Notes: generated from the letters alone by a model not told the origin. A DNA stretch of 64,000 bases from an uncultured Ignavibacteria bacterium (GCA_903939735.1 CAJAIA010000018.1:2402-66401); one strand, 5' to 3'. Shown: positions 8,873-18,783, counted from the first letter of the stretch. A program made the numbers and translations.

Positions 8873-9709
8873 GTGACCTGGTCCCAGGAAGTGGTTCCAG
8901 CAGAACATCAGGACATTCATACGTTGCTACGCGACACCGAGCGACTGCCGCGACACATTGCCATGATTATGGACGGCAATGGTCGGTGGGCGCAGGAACG
9001 CGGTCGCGTGCGTATTGATGGGCACCGCGAGGGAATGGAGAGCGTACGCTCGGCTGTGAAGACGTGTTCGCAGTTAGGAGTTCGCTACCTCACGTTGTAT
9101 GCGTTCTCGATCGAAAACTGGAAGCGTCCGGTTCCTGAGGTGCGGTTCTTGATGTCGCTCCTTGAATCATATCTCGCACGGGAAGTCGACGAGCTCCATG
9201 CCAATGGCGTGCGGATTCGCACGATCGGCAAGACGAACTCTCTGCCAAAATCGGTGCAGCGTATGCTGCAGACGGCGATGGATCGTACGAAGGAGAACAC
9301 GGGGCTCACGCTGACCCTGGCGCTTAGCTATGGTGCTCGTTGGGATCTGGCACGTGCCGTGCAGGTCCTGGCGATGGATGTTCGACGCGGCAAGGTGTCG
9401 CCGGAAGATCTCACCGAGGAGACGATTTCGTCGTACCTGCAGACGTCCTATATGCCCGATCCCGACTTGATCATCCGCACGAGCGGAGAAATGCGGTTGT
9501 CGAACTTCCTCCTCTGGGAAGCGGCATATGCAGAGATATACGTGACAGAACAATTGTGGCCAGACTTCCGCAGCCGCGACCTTTATCGCGCGCTCAGCGA
9601 GTTTGTGATGCGCGAGCGACGATTCGGAAAAACGTCGGCCCAAGTAGCTGAATCTTCGGGGGAATCCCCACGCACAACGTTGGAGCGAATACTGCATGCG
9701 CTTCGCTAA
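8873..9709 (+). CDS. uppS: Undecaprenyl diphosphate synthase (isoprenyl transferase)
   Basis: HIAMIMDGNGRWA, the RTSGEMRLSNFLLWE region and the conserved cis-IPPS motifs are present. Confidence 0.85.
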   Translation: MTWSQEVVPAEHQDIHTLLRDTERLPRHIAMIMDGNGRWAQERGRVRIDGHREGMESVRSAVKTCSQLGVRYLTLYAFSIENWKRPVPEVRFLMSLLESYLAREVDELHANGVRIRTIGKTNSLPKSVQRMLQTAMDRTKENTGLTLTLALSYGARWDLARAVQVLAMDVRRGKVSPEDLTEETISSYLQTSYMPDPDLIIRTSGEMRLSNFLLWEAAYAEIYVTEQLWPDFRSRDLYRALSEFVMRERRFGKTSAQVAESSGESPRTTLERILHALR

Positions 9710-12056
9710 ATCGCTTGTGTTCCTGATCGTGTGTGTGGTGATGGCGGCTGGCGCAATGGCGCAGCAGCCGGCGCAGCGGTATCCGATCATTGCGGGCATC
9801 TCGGTGGAAGGTCTCACCGAGGGGGCCGATATGGCCACCGTGATCGCGTACTCAGGTCTGCGCATTGGTCAAGAGGCGCGTCCGGATGATTTGGTGATGG
9901 CCGTGCGCAATCTCTGGAACCGCCGCACCTTTAAGGATGTCCGCATCGAGCGCGAGCGCGAGACAGCATTAGGTGTGTTCTTGGTGATCCGCGTGACGTC
10001 CATGCCACGTCTGCGGAAGATGATCATTTCCGGTAACGATGAACTCTCCAGCGATGAGGTCACGAAGGCTGCTGACCGGCGTCAGGGCGATATTATCTCG
10101 CCGTATGACGAATACCTCGTGCGGCAGGCGATCAAGAAGGCCTACGCCAAGGAGGGTCTGCTCTTTGCTCGTGTTGAAACGAAGGTTGTTTCAACCGACT
10201 CCTTGAACTTCGTCGATCTCGATGTTGCGATTGTTGAGGGGGCAGAATTCAACGTTGCCGAGATCGAGATTATCGGCAATACACTCTTCCCCGACGCTGA
10301 AATCGCAGATGCGTTTGAGGACACAAAGACAAAGGCATGGTACGAGGTGTGGGCGTCGTCAAAGTTCGACACCGAGAAGTACAATGACGATAAGCAGAAA
10401 CTCCGCGACTGGTTCCTTGAAAAGGGGCTTCTCGACGCAGAGATCCTTGGCGATACGGTGATCTATGACGAACAGAATCAAACGGTTAAGGTCCAGATCA
10501 CGATCAAAGAAGGTAAGCCAGTCGTTGTCCGCAACATCTCCTTCCAGGGCAACACCGTCTACCGCGAGCAAATGCTCCTGGCACGTCTGGGGATTCTGCC
10601 CGGCGAGGTGTACAATCAGAAGCGCTTCGATGAGAACCTCAAGGTCAATCAAGATCAAACAGATGCGACATCGCTCTATGCAGATAATGGGTATCTGACG
10701 GCGCAGTTGATGCCGGAAATCGTGCGGGTTGGACCAGACAGTATCGACATCATCGTGCGCGTGGTGGAAGGTGAACAGTTCACGATTCGTCGTATCGAAG
10801 TGATCGGCAATACCAAGACGCGCGATCGCGTTATCCGCCGCGAGCTCTTTTTCCGTCCGGGTGATTACTTCAATCGCTCTGCCCTGATTCGAAGTTTGCG
10901 CGGCCTTGGTGTGCTCAACTTCTTTAATCCTGAGACCATCAAGCCGGACGTCATACCGGTGGATAAAACGAAGGTGGACATCAAGCTCAAGGTTGAAGAG
11001 CGATCAACGGATACCTTCAACGCATCGGTTGGTTTTGCAGGTGCGTTTGGACTTACTGGATCTGTCGGGGTAACGCTCAACAACTTCGATATCAGCGAGC
11101 CATTCCGCGGTGGGGCAGGGCAGGTACTGTCCTTCCAGTGGGAGTTCGGACAAGCATCACGCTTGCAGACGTTCCAGCTGTCGTTCACCGAGCCATGGCT
11201 GTTTGGACAGCCGACGTCGGTGGGCTTTAACATCTTCGATACTCGCCAGAACTTCAACATCTCCGTGCGTCGAACTGGTGCGCAGGCCAATATCGGACGT
11301 CGCTTCCGCTGGCCGGATGATTACTTCCGTGGCGACTGGAGTGCTGCATTCGAGCGTATCGAGTCGAACACCGAATCATTCTTCTCGCGCGCTGGTGTGA
11401 ACACCGCCGTCACCTTGTCGCAGACAATCTCACGGACGAGCTACGACAACATCATCTTCCCAACGTCGGGCTCGCGCTTTGCGCTCTCGCTTCGCGGGAC
11501 GCTCGGCGCACTTGGCATCGGGACAACGGATTTCGGCAAGCTTGGATTCACGTTCGACATGGTTAATCCGTTGCTCTGGATTAATGGCAATCCACGACTC
11601 GTGATGTTCCTCGGTACAGAAATGGGATATGTCGATGGATTTGTGCGCGACACAACAATCCCGCCGCAGGAGCTGTTCTACATGGGTGGAAACGGATTGG
11701 GTGGCTTCGCCATTACACCGCTGCGTGGATATCGCGACAACTCGATTGGTCCGTTGAGTTCGTCAGGACAAAACCTTGGTGGACGTGTGCAAGCGCGATT
11801 TGTCGCGGAGCTACGCTTTGCGCTGGCCCTCAACCCCTTCCCGATCTATTTGCTTAGTTTTGCCGAGGCAGGAAACGTCTGGTCGAACCTCCGCACCGCC
11901 GACCCCTTCGGGTTGAATAGGTCGGCAGGATTCGGCATGCGTTTGTTGTTGCAGCCCATCGGGTTGCTGGGATTCGATGTGGGCTATGGATTCGATCCTG
12001 ACCCATTCACCGGGGCTCGCTCTGGTTGGCAATTCCACTTCCAATTCGGTCGATAA
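9696..12056 (+). CDS. bamA: Outer membrane protein assembly factor BamA (Omp85)
   Basis: A 786-aa protein with a signal peptide, POTRA repeats and a C-terminal beta-barrel. It sits in the conserved uppS-bamA-skp-lpxD context. Confidence 0.85.
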   Translation: MRFAKSLVFLIVCVVMAAGAMAQQPAQRYPIIAGISVEGLTEGADMATVIAYSGLRIGQEARPDDLVMAVRNLWNRRTFKDVRIERERETALGVFLVIRVTSMPRLRKMIISGNDELSSDEVTKAADRRQGDIISPYDEYLVRQAIKKAYAKEGLLFARVETKVVSTDSLNFVDLDVAIVEGAEFNVAEIEIIGNTLFPDAEIADAFEDTKTKAWYEVWASSKFDTEKYNDDKQKLRDWFLEKGLLDAEILGDTVIYDEQNQTVKVQITIKEGKPVVVRNISFQGNTVYREQMLLARLGILPGEVYNQKRFDENLKVNQDQTDATSLYADNGYLTAQLMPEIVRVGPDSIDIIVRVVEGEQFTIRRIEVIGNTKTRDRVIRRELFFRPGDYFNRSALIRSLRGLGVLNFFNPETIKPDVIPVDKTKVDIKLKVEERSTDTFNASVGFAGAFGLTGSVGVTLNNFDISEPFRGGAGQVLSFQWEFGQASRLQTFQLSFTEPWLFGQPTSVGFNIFDTRQNFNISVRRTGAQANIGRRFRWPDDYFRGDWSAAFERIESNTESFFSRAGVNTAVTLSQTISRTSYDNIIFPTSGSRFALSLRGTLGALGIGTTDFGKLGFTFDMVNPLLWINGNPRLVMFLGTEMGYVDGFVRDTTIPPQELFYMGGNGLGGFAITPLRGYRDNSIGPLSSSGQNLGGRVQARFVAELRFALALNPFPIYLLSFAEAGNVWSNLRTADPFGLNRSAGFGMRLLLQPIGLLGFDVGYGFDPDPFTGARSGWQFHFQFGR

Positions 12057-12091
12057 TCACTCAAGTTTCCACGTATAACGTACCTACCAGT

Positions 12092-12613
12092 ATGATGCAA
12101 CGTCTGAGCGTCCTCTTCATGGTCGCACTCGTCGCCGGTGCAATGGCATCAGCACAAACCACCAAGATTGGTGTCGTCAACGCAGAAGTAATCCTCAAGG
12201 AGCTTCCAGAAGCTCTGGCAGCAAGCAAGACCATCGAAGAGTCAGGCTTGAAAATCCGCGATACTCTGCAAATGATGCAGAAGGAATTTGAGACACGCAT
12301 CGAGAGCTATCGCAAGCAAGAAGCCATGATGACGGCTGACGGTAAGCGCAAGGAAGAAGAAGCACTCAACGCGCTTCGCACACGCTTCCTGCAATATCAA
12401 GAAGAGAAGCTCGGTAATACAGGCGAGATCGCCCGTATGCGTGAGGGTCTTCTCCAACCGATCCGTGTCAAGGTCAACGAAGCGATCGCTGCCGTTGCAA
12501 AGGAAGAAAAGATCACACTCGTTCTTGACAAGGTTGCGGGCTTGGTGTTGTACAACGACGATAAGATGGACATCACGTACAAGGTCCTCGATCGTATGAA
12601 GCGCGGGAATTAA
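12092..12613 (+). CDS. OmpH/Skp periplasmic chaperone
   Basis: The signal peptide MMQRLSVLFMVALVAGAMASAQ is followed by KIGVVN and a coiled-coil OmpH pattern. The start is set at the first Met of the signal peptide. Confidence 0.75.
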   Translation: MMQRLSVLFMVALVAGAMASAQTTKIGVVNAEVILKELPEALAASKTIEESGLKIRDTLQMMQKEFETRIESYRKQEAMMTADGKRKEEEALNALRTRFLQYQEEKLGNTGEIARMREGLLQPIRVKVNEAIAAVAKEEKITLVLDKVAGLVLYNDDKMDITYKVLDRMKRGN

Positions 12614-12627
12614 TCCCGACACAACCG

Positions 12628-13434
12628 ATGAAGCATCTCAGTATCACCATCCTTCTTGGCTGCATCCTTGCCATGAGCACCGCTTATGCGCAGAAGATCG
12701 GCTATGTGTCGACAGATGCGATTCGTGCGAATTACGAATCAAATAAGCAGGCCGAGGAGCGACTAAATGCCTTGGTCGAGGAATGGAAGACAGAGCTTGC
12801 TCAGCGTCAGCGCGACATCGACGAACTCGAACTCGAGATTCGCAAGAACCGCCTGATCTGGAGCGACCAGGAACGTCAGACGAAAGAGAAAGAGATCGAA
12901 GAAAAGCGTCGTGAGCGCGACCAGTTCGCACGCATGAAGTTCGAGCCAGGGGGCGACCACGACCAACAAGCAGAGAAGTTGTTCGCCGCGATCTGGAATA
13001 AGATCTACGCGTCGATCCAAAAGGTGGCAGCCGTTGACGGTTATGATATCGTCTGGGACAAGAGCGTGCAGCCACTGGTGTACGTTAATGCGAAGTACGA
13101 CATCACCGTAAAGGTGATGAAGGAACTCGGCATCGACGCTGATGACCTCGAACGCAAGCAGAAGGATGTCGTTGATTCGGATCCACGCAACAAGCGTGCA
13201 GAAGAACCACGCCGCCGGCGCTCCCGTACGAAGTCCTCCGACTCCACCGGCGCGCGTCCAATGACGGTCGACACAACAGATTCGAAATCGCCCGTGGTCT
13301 TGCCGAGTGGACTAATGCCGAACGGCCTGCCACCATCAGGCGAAATGCCAGGTGGCGGTCCTGCTCGATCCATGCCGACAAATCCTGTTCCGCCTCCACC
13401 GGATTCGACGCGAAAGGACGAAGTGCCTCGATGA
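12628..13434 (+). CDS. Second OmpH/Skp-family chaperone with a Pro-rich C-terminal extension
   Basis: A signal peptide, KIGYVS, a coiled-coil OmpH core, and about 80 aa of a basic, Pro-rich tail (PSGLMPNGLPPSGEMPGGGP). Confidence 0.7.
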   Translation: MKHLSITILLGCILAMSTAYAQKIGYVSTDAIRANYESNKQAEERLNALVEEWKTELAQRQRDIDELELEIRKNRLIWSDQERQTKEKEIEEKRRERDQFARMKFEPGGDHDQQAEKLFAAIWNKIYASIQKVAAVDGYDIVWDKSVQPLVYVNAKYDITVKVMKELGIDADDLERKQKDVVDSDPRNKRAEEPRRRRSRTKSSDSTGARPMTVDTTDSKSPVVLPSGLMPNGLPPSGEMPGGGPARSMPTNPVPPPPDSTRKDEVPR

Positions 13435-14489
13435 CACCGCAGCGAACGTACACCGTAGCACAACTCGCTGAACACGTGCGCGGAAGCGTTCGTGGGGATG
13501 CGTCGTTGATGATCACGAGCGTACAGACGCTGGAAGGTGCCTCGAGCAGTGATGTGTCCTTTCTCGCCAAGACATCCTACGTGCCCGCTCTGCGCGCAAC
13601 CGCTGCGGGATGTGTTGTACTCCGCGAGTCAGATGCTACGCAATCACCAAGCGCTGCATGCATCATCGTGGATGATCCCTACCGCAGCATCGTTGAGATT
13701 ATTGCGTTGATGTATCCTCCCGTGCGACTGCCGGATGGACTTCGTGATGTATCGAGCACGATTGATCCAACTGCGCAGATCGATGCGACAGCGGCAATCT
13801 CGCCGGGCTGTCGTATTGGTGCAGGTTGCGTCGTTGGAGCCCACACGCAACTCCATCCGAATGTGGTGCTCGAGCAGGGCACGCAGATCGGATCGAACAC
13901 GGTGCTGTATGCGAACGTGACGTGCTACTACGATACCATCATAGGTGATCAGTGCATCATCCACAGCGGCGCTGTGATTGGTTCCGATGGATTTGGCTTT
14001 GTTGAACGCCCTGATAAGTCGTTCATCAAGATCCCGCAAGTGGGTCGTGTGCGCATCGGCAATGATGTCGAGATAGGTGCTAACACCACGATCGATCGAG
14101 CAGCCATCGGTGAGACGATCATTGATGATGGTGTGAAGCTCGACAATCTCGTACACATCGCACACGGCGTGCAGATCGGCGCACACACGGCTATCGCCGC
14201 ACAAACCGGTGTGTCGGGAAGCACAACGCTCGGACAACGTAATCGGCTTGCCGGACAGGTAGGCGTGGTTGGACATATTCAAATCACCGATGACGTTGTG
14301 GTGTTTGCACAATCAGGCGTAGGGAAGTCCATCACAACCCCTGGTGTGTATTTCGGATCACCGGTGAAAGACCATCGCACGGCACTTCGTATCGAAGCCG
14401 CTGCGCGGAACCTCCCCGACCTCGTACATGAACTTGACACGCTTCGTCGTGATGTCGACGAGCTGAAGAAAGCACAATCGCATGAGTAG
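13431..14489 (+). CDS. lpxD: UDP-3-O-acylglucosamine N-acyltransferase
   Basis: Left-handed beta-helix hexapeptide repeats. It sits between skp and lpxC with the usual 4-nt overlaps. Confidence 0.85.
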   Translation: MTPQRTYTVAQLAEHVRGSVRGDASLMITSVQTLEGASSSDVSFLAKTSYVPALRATAAGCVVLRESDATQSPSAACIIVDDPYRSIVEIIALMYPPVRLPDGLRDVSSTIDPTAQIDATAAISPGCRIGAGCVVGAHTQLHPNVVLEQGTQIGSNTVLYANVTCYYDTIIGDQCIIHSGAVIGSDGFGFVERPDKSFIKIPQVGRVRIGNDVEIGANTTIDRAAIGETIIDDGVKLDNLVHIAHGVQIGAHTAIAAQTGVSGSTTLGQRNRLAGQVGVVGHIQITDDVVVFAQSGVGKSITTPGVYFGSPVKDHRTALRIEAAARNLPDLVHELDTLRRDVDELKKAQSHE

Positions 14490-15891
14490 AAAACAACGCA
14501 CACTGGCCGCATCCGTAACGATGAGCGGTGTTGGTCTGCACACCGGCAACCTTACATCGATGACGTTTCTGCCTGCGGCGGAAAACACCGGTTACCGATT
14601 TGTTCGTATCGATCTCCCGGGCTCCCCTGAAATCCCGGCTATCGTCGACAATGTTGTCGAGATCGTGCGCGGCACCACCATTGCCGTTGGTGAAGCGAGC
14701 GTCCACACGGTTGAGCACGTCCTCGCCGCGATGGTGGGAATGGGAGTCGATAACTGCCGTATCGAGTTGAGCAACAACGAGCCGCCTGTTGGAGATGGTT
14801 CGTCGATGCCATACGTCGAGATGATTCAGAAGGCCGGCATCGTTGAGCAACAACAGGATCGCGAAGAGCTCGTGCTTGATGCTCCGATTCGGTATACCGA
14901 TGAAGCACGCGGTACAGAGATCGTGGCTCTCCCGAACGACAAGTATCGTGTGACGGTGATGGTTGATTACAAGAATCCTGCGCTGGGAAGCCAGCACACA
15001 GGCTTGTTTGACCTGGAAAGCGAGTTTGTGTCGGAGTTTGCTCCTGCACGCACGTTCTGCTTCCTGCATGAAGTTGAGGCACTGCACGCGCAAGGATTGA
15101 TCCAAGGGGGCAATCTCGATAACGCCATCGTCATCGTCGACAAGGAAATGTCGGATGACGAACTCCGTGCAACGCTCAAGCGTATGGGTGTCGAAGGTAA
15201 TGCCGTGATGGGTACCAATGGCATCTTGAATAACAACGCACTGCGATTCAAGAACGAACCAGCGCGACACAAGCTGCTCGACATGATCGGTGATCTTGCC
15301 CTGATTGGTGCACCACTGCGTGCACAGGTCCTGGCGGCACGTCCAGGTCATGCAGCCAACATTGAATTCGCACGCAAGGTTCGTAGGCTTTACGAAAAGC
15401 AACAGTCTGTGCGCCGTTATCAGAAGTCGCCAACAGAAGGCTGTGTATTCGATATCAATGCGATTAGCAAGATGCTCCCGCATCGCTATCCATTCTTGAT
15501 GGTCGATCGCATTACCGACTACGATCCAGAAGCGAATCGCATTGTGGGGATTAAGAACATCACCTTCAACGAACCGCAATTCACGGGACACTTCCCGAAT
15601 CGCCCGATCTTCCCGGGCGTGCTGATTATGGAGGCGATGGCGCAGACAGGTTGTTTGCTCCTCCTGACAAAGGGTGTCGATCCAGAGAAGAATCTTGTGC
15701 TCTTTACCGGTATGAACAATGTGAAGTTCCGTAAGGAAGTCACGCCCGGAGATCAGCTCGTGATGGAACTCGAAATGACCAGATTCCGATTCAATATTTG
15801 TCAGCTCGTAGGTAAGGCCTACGTCGGTGGACAGCTTGCAGCAGAAGCCGAGCTTTCTGCAGCCGTTGTGAGTAGAGAGGTGGCATCATGA
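14482..15891 (+). CDS. lpxC/fabZ: Bifunctional UDP-3-O-acyl-GlcNAc deacetylase / 3-hydroxyacyl-ACP dehydratase (LpxC-FabZ fusion)
   Basis: The N-terminal half carries LpxC motifs (HTVEHVLAAM). The C-terminal 150 aa carries the FabZ hotdog (FPNRPIFPGVLIMEAMAQ). This fusion is typical of Bacteroidetes and Chlorobi. Confidence 0.85.
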   Translation: MSRKQRTLAASVTMSGVGLHTGNLTSMTFLPAAENTGYRFVRIDLPGSPEIPAIVDNVVEIVRGTTIAVGEASVHTVEHVLAAMVGMGVDNCRIELSNNEPPVGDGSSMPYVEMIQKAGIVEQQQDREELVLDAPIRYTDEARGTEIVALPNDKYRVTVMVDYKNPALGSQHTGLFDLESEFVSEFAPARTFCFLHEVEALHAQGLIQGGNLDNAIVIVDKEMSDDELRATLKRMGVEGNAVMGTNGILNNNALRFKNEPARHKLLDMIGDLALIGAPLRAQVLAARPGHAANIEFARKVRRLYEKQQSVRRYQKSPTEGCVFDINAISKMLPHRYPFLMVDRITDYDPEANRIVGIKNITFNEPQFTGHFPNRPIFPGVLIMEAMAQTGCLLLLTKGVDPEKNLVLFTGMNNVKFRKEVTPGDQLVMELEMTRFRFNICQLVGKAYVGGQLAAEAELSAAVVSREVAS

Positions 15892-16676
15892 TTCATCCAA
15901 CCGCAATCATCAATCCTTCTGCCCGCATTGACGAAGGTGTCGAGATCGGACCATACTGCGTGATCGATGCCGATGTTGAGATCAAGCGCGGTACGGTGCT
16001 GATGAGCCACGTCGTTGTTGGTGATGGCGCTCGCATTGGAGCCGACGTGCGTATTCATCCGCACGCAGTAATCGCGACGGCGCCGCAGGACCTCAAGTAC
16101 GACGGCGAACCGACGCTTGCGATCATTGGCGACCGTACGACAATCCGTGAGTGTGTGACGATTAACCGAGGCACAACCTCAAGTGGCAAAGCGCAAGTTG
16201 GAAGTGATTGTCTGCTGATGGCCTACGTGCACGTGGCGCATGACTGCGTGGTGGGTAACAACGTCATTATGGCCAATAGCGTTCAGCTCGGTGGTCACGT
16301 TGAAGTTGGTGACTGGGCAATCGTTGGTGGCGCAACTGGTGTTCATCAGTTCTGCCGCATTGGCCCTCACTCGATGATCGGAGCTTGCTCGCGTGTGGTA
16401 AAGGATGTGTCGCCGTTCACGCTCTGCGGTAAGGAACCGTTGGTGGTAGAAGGCATCAATGCGATAGGACTCAAACGCCGGGGATTCTCGCAGCAGACCA
16501 TCGAAGCGATTGATACCTTCTATACAGTACTCCTGCGCTCAGGACTTAATACGTCGGATGGTCTAGCTCGGTATGAAGAAACGCATCCAGTGATCGACGA
16601 TGCCGTGAAGATGTGCATCGACTTCGTCCGTGCATCAAAGCGTGGTATCTATCGCGGTGCAACGAACCGGTCATAA
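15888..16676 (+). CDS. lpxA: Acyl-ACP--UDP-GlcNAc O-acyltransferase
   Basis: A 262-aa hexapeptide-repeat protein starting MIHPTAIINPSARI with a C-terminal helical domain. Confidence 0.85.
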   Translation: MIHPTAIINPSARIDEGVEIGPYCVIDADVEIKRGTVLMSHVVVGDGARIGADVRIHPHAVIATAPQDLKYDGEPTLAIIGDRTTIRECVTINRGTTSSGKAQVGSDCLLMAYVHVAHDCVVGNNVIMANSVQLGGHVEVGDWAIVGGATGVHQFCRIGPHSMIGACSRVVKDVSPFTLCGKEPLVVEGINAIGLKRRGFSQQTIEAIDTFYTVLLRSGLNTSDGLARYEETHPVIDDAVKMCIDFVRASKRGIYRGATNRS

Positions 16677-16678
16677 AC

Positions 16679-17473
16679 ATGCGTAGCGTTCTCATCGGCT
16701 TGTTGCTCGCGTGGGCGTCGCTCACAGCTGCAGCCGGAGATACGCCATTTGCTGCGCCGATAGCCAACCCACTTGAAGCACGTGTGGGAAGCATGCTGCA
16801 ATTCGGTGACCACATGCTTCGACTCGATATTGGTACTTCGATCGACCTCAAGGAGGTCGTCCGTGATACGGCCGTGGGTTGGCTGCGTATTGGCACCGAC
16901 GTTATGACGTACTCACGTCTACGCTCGGATGGGAACTTCAAGTTCCCCGTGGAAACAACAGACTTCTTTTTTGGTTTCAATGCTACGTGGAGTGCTCCGC
17001 ACGCGCCTCTTCATGCACGTCTTCGTCTGGCGCATATCTCAGCGCATCTCGTCGATGGCTATGCCGATGATGCCGGCGTGTTTACGCGCCAACGCCCGTT
17101 TGTGTATTCGCGAGAATTCGCCGATCTCATTGTTGGGTGGACCGTTGGTGCGCTGCGTCCGTATGTAGGTGTCACCTATGCGTGGGCACGCTTGCCACGC
17201 AGGACAGAGCCGGTGATTCCCCAAGCAGGGGTCGACGTACGTCTGCCCTTGACAACGTCACTGGAGCTGCGCGGAGGGTACGACTGGAAGCTCCTCGGTG
17301 TAGACAGTCGCTATCAAGGCACGCATGCTGCACAGCTTGGCGTCTTCGCGGAGATGTGGAACGGACGTGGTATTCTGGTCAGTGCATACGCCTACGACGG
17401 CCGAAGCATGCACGGCATGTTCTTCGATCAGCATGATTCCTACCTTGGGCTCGGCGTTCAAGTGCAGCTGTAG
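16679..17473 (+). CDS. Putative outer-membrane beta-barrel protein downstream of lpxA
   Basis: A signal peptide (MRSVLIGLLLAWASLTAAAG) is followed by alternating amphipathic beta-strand patterns. Its function is unknown. Confidence 0.5.
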   Translation: MRSVLIGLLLAWASLTAAAGDTPFAAPIANPLEARVGSMLQFGDHMLRLDIGTSIDLKEVVRDTAVGWLRIGTDVMTYSRLRSDGNFKFPVETTDFFFGFNATWSAPHAPLHARLRLAHISAHLVDGYADDAGVFTRQRPFVYSREFADLIVGWTVGALRPYVGVTYAWARLPRRTEPVIPQAGVDVRLPLTTSLELRGGYDWKLLGVDSRYQGTHAAQLGVFAEMWNGRGILVSAYAYDGRSMHGMFFDQHDSYLGLGVQVQL

Positions 17474-17512
17474 TCCGAGCTTCGCCGTATTTTCGTGGTT
17501 TCGTTCGTTGAC

Positions 17513-17572
17513 CACACGATGACCACGTGGGGTCATGATGACTACACGATGACCACGCAGGGTCATCGTTAC
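17513..17572. repeat. Two tandem 30-bp repeats, each with an ATGACC-N6-GGTCAT palindrome, upstream of ychF
   Basis: The first unit is CACACGATGACCACGTGGGGTCATGATGAC and the second is TACACGATGACCACGCAGGGTCATCGTTAC. They lie in the 130-bp intergenic region before ychF. Confidence 0.6.
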
Positions 17573-17604
17573 AAAGAATTTTTCACGGTTGAAACACAAA
17601 GAAC

Positions 17605-18699
17605 ATGGGAATCGCCTGCGGTATCGTTGGACTGCCAAACGTTGGGAAGTCGACACTCTTTAACGCATTGACCTCGAACGAGGCGGAGGCAGCTAACTAT
17701 CCGTTCTGCACGATCGATCCGAATGTTGGCATCGTGAACGTTCCGGATCCTCGACTCAAGAGGCTGGTCGATAACTATCAGACAGACCGTGAAGTACCAA
17801 CGACTGTTGAGTTCGTCGACATCGCTGGTCTGGTGAAGGGGGCTTCGAAGGGTGAAGGCCTCGGCAATCAGTTCCTCGGTAACATTCGCGCATGTGATGC
17901 AGTAGCCCATGTTGTTCGCTGCTTCGAAGATGACAACGTGGTGCACGTGCACGGTGGGGTAGACCCATTGCACGATATCGACATTATCGAAACAGAACTC
18001 ATTCTGAAAGACGTCGACTCCGTTGAGAAGCGCATTTCGGGTCTGCACAAGTTGGTTCGTGCCAACGATAAAGATGCCAAGGATGAAGTGGCGCTGCTCA
18101 CGCTGCTGCAAGCACACTTAGACTCTGGCAAGCCGGCTCGGTCGTACCCTGGCGATGATGCTGCAAAGCAGGCTATCGCAGGAATGCAACTCCTCACGGC
18201 AAAGCCTGTGATGTACGTTGCAAATACCAACGAAGAAGGTGTCAAGAACGGTAATCGATTTGTAGATGCTGTTCGTGCGCGCGCAGCAGAAGAAGGTGCC
18301 ATCGTTGTGCCCATCTGTGCAAAGATCGAAGCAGAGATCGCCTTGCTTGAGCCAGATGATCGTGCGCTGTTCCTTGCTGATCTCGGTATGGAAGAGCCAG
18401 GGCTCGACCGCGTGATTCGTGAAGCCTATAGCCTTCTTGGTTTGATCACATACTTCACAGCAGGCAAGAAGGAATGCCGCGCATGGACTGTCCGCAAGGG
18501 TAGCACTGCGCCGCAAGCGGCGGGCGTGATTCACACCGACTTCGAAAAGGGCTTTATCCGCGCTGAAGTCATGGCCTACAGTGAATGGGAACGACTCGGT
18601 TCAGAACAAGCCGTAAAAGACGCTGGTCTGTATCGCGTTGAAGGCAAAGAGTACATCGTCAAGGACGGCGATATCATGTACTTCCGTTTCAACGTATAA
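17605..18699 (+). CDS. ychF: Ribosome-binding ATPase YchF
   Basis: MGIACGIVGLPNVGKSTLFNALT followed by TGS-domain features. Length 364 aa. Confidence 0.9.
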   Translation: MGIACGIVGLPNVGKSTLFNALTSNEAEAANYPFCTIDPNVGIVNVPDPRLKRLVDNYQTDREVPTTVEFVDIAGLVKGASKGEGLGNQFLGNIRACDAVAHVVRCFEDDNVVHVHGGVDPLHDIDIIETELILKDVDSVEKRISGLHKLVRANDKDAKDEVALLTLLQAHLDSGKPARSYPGDDAAKQAIAGMQLLTAKPVMYVANTNEEGVKNGNRFVDAVRARAAEEGAIVVPICAKIEAEIALLEPDDRALFLADLGMEEPGLDRVIREAYSLLGLITYFTAGKKECRAWTVRKGSTAPQAAGVIHTDFEKGFIRAEVMAYSEWERLGSEQAVKDAGLYRVEGKEYIVKDGDIMYFRFNV

Positions 18700-18783
18700 C
18701 TACGCGTAATTGCGTGTTTCTACGTGCTTTCAGCGACGTGTCTTTTCGGTAGATTCGGACGAGTTTTTACTATCAAGGACTTC

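Noticed and set aside
17513-17572. Possible CRISPR array
   Set aside because: There are only two repeat copies and they are directly adjacent with no spacers. No cas genes are in the window.
17258-17656. A minus-strand ORF with the repeated peptide VTMTLRGHRVVIMTPRGHRVV
   Set aside because: The internal peptide repeat is a translation artefact of the 30-bp tandem DNA repeat in the ychF upstream region. There is no other coding support.
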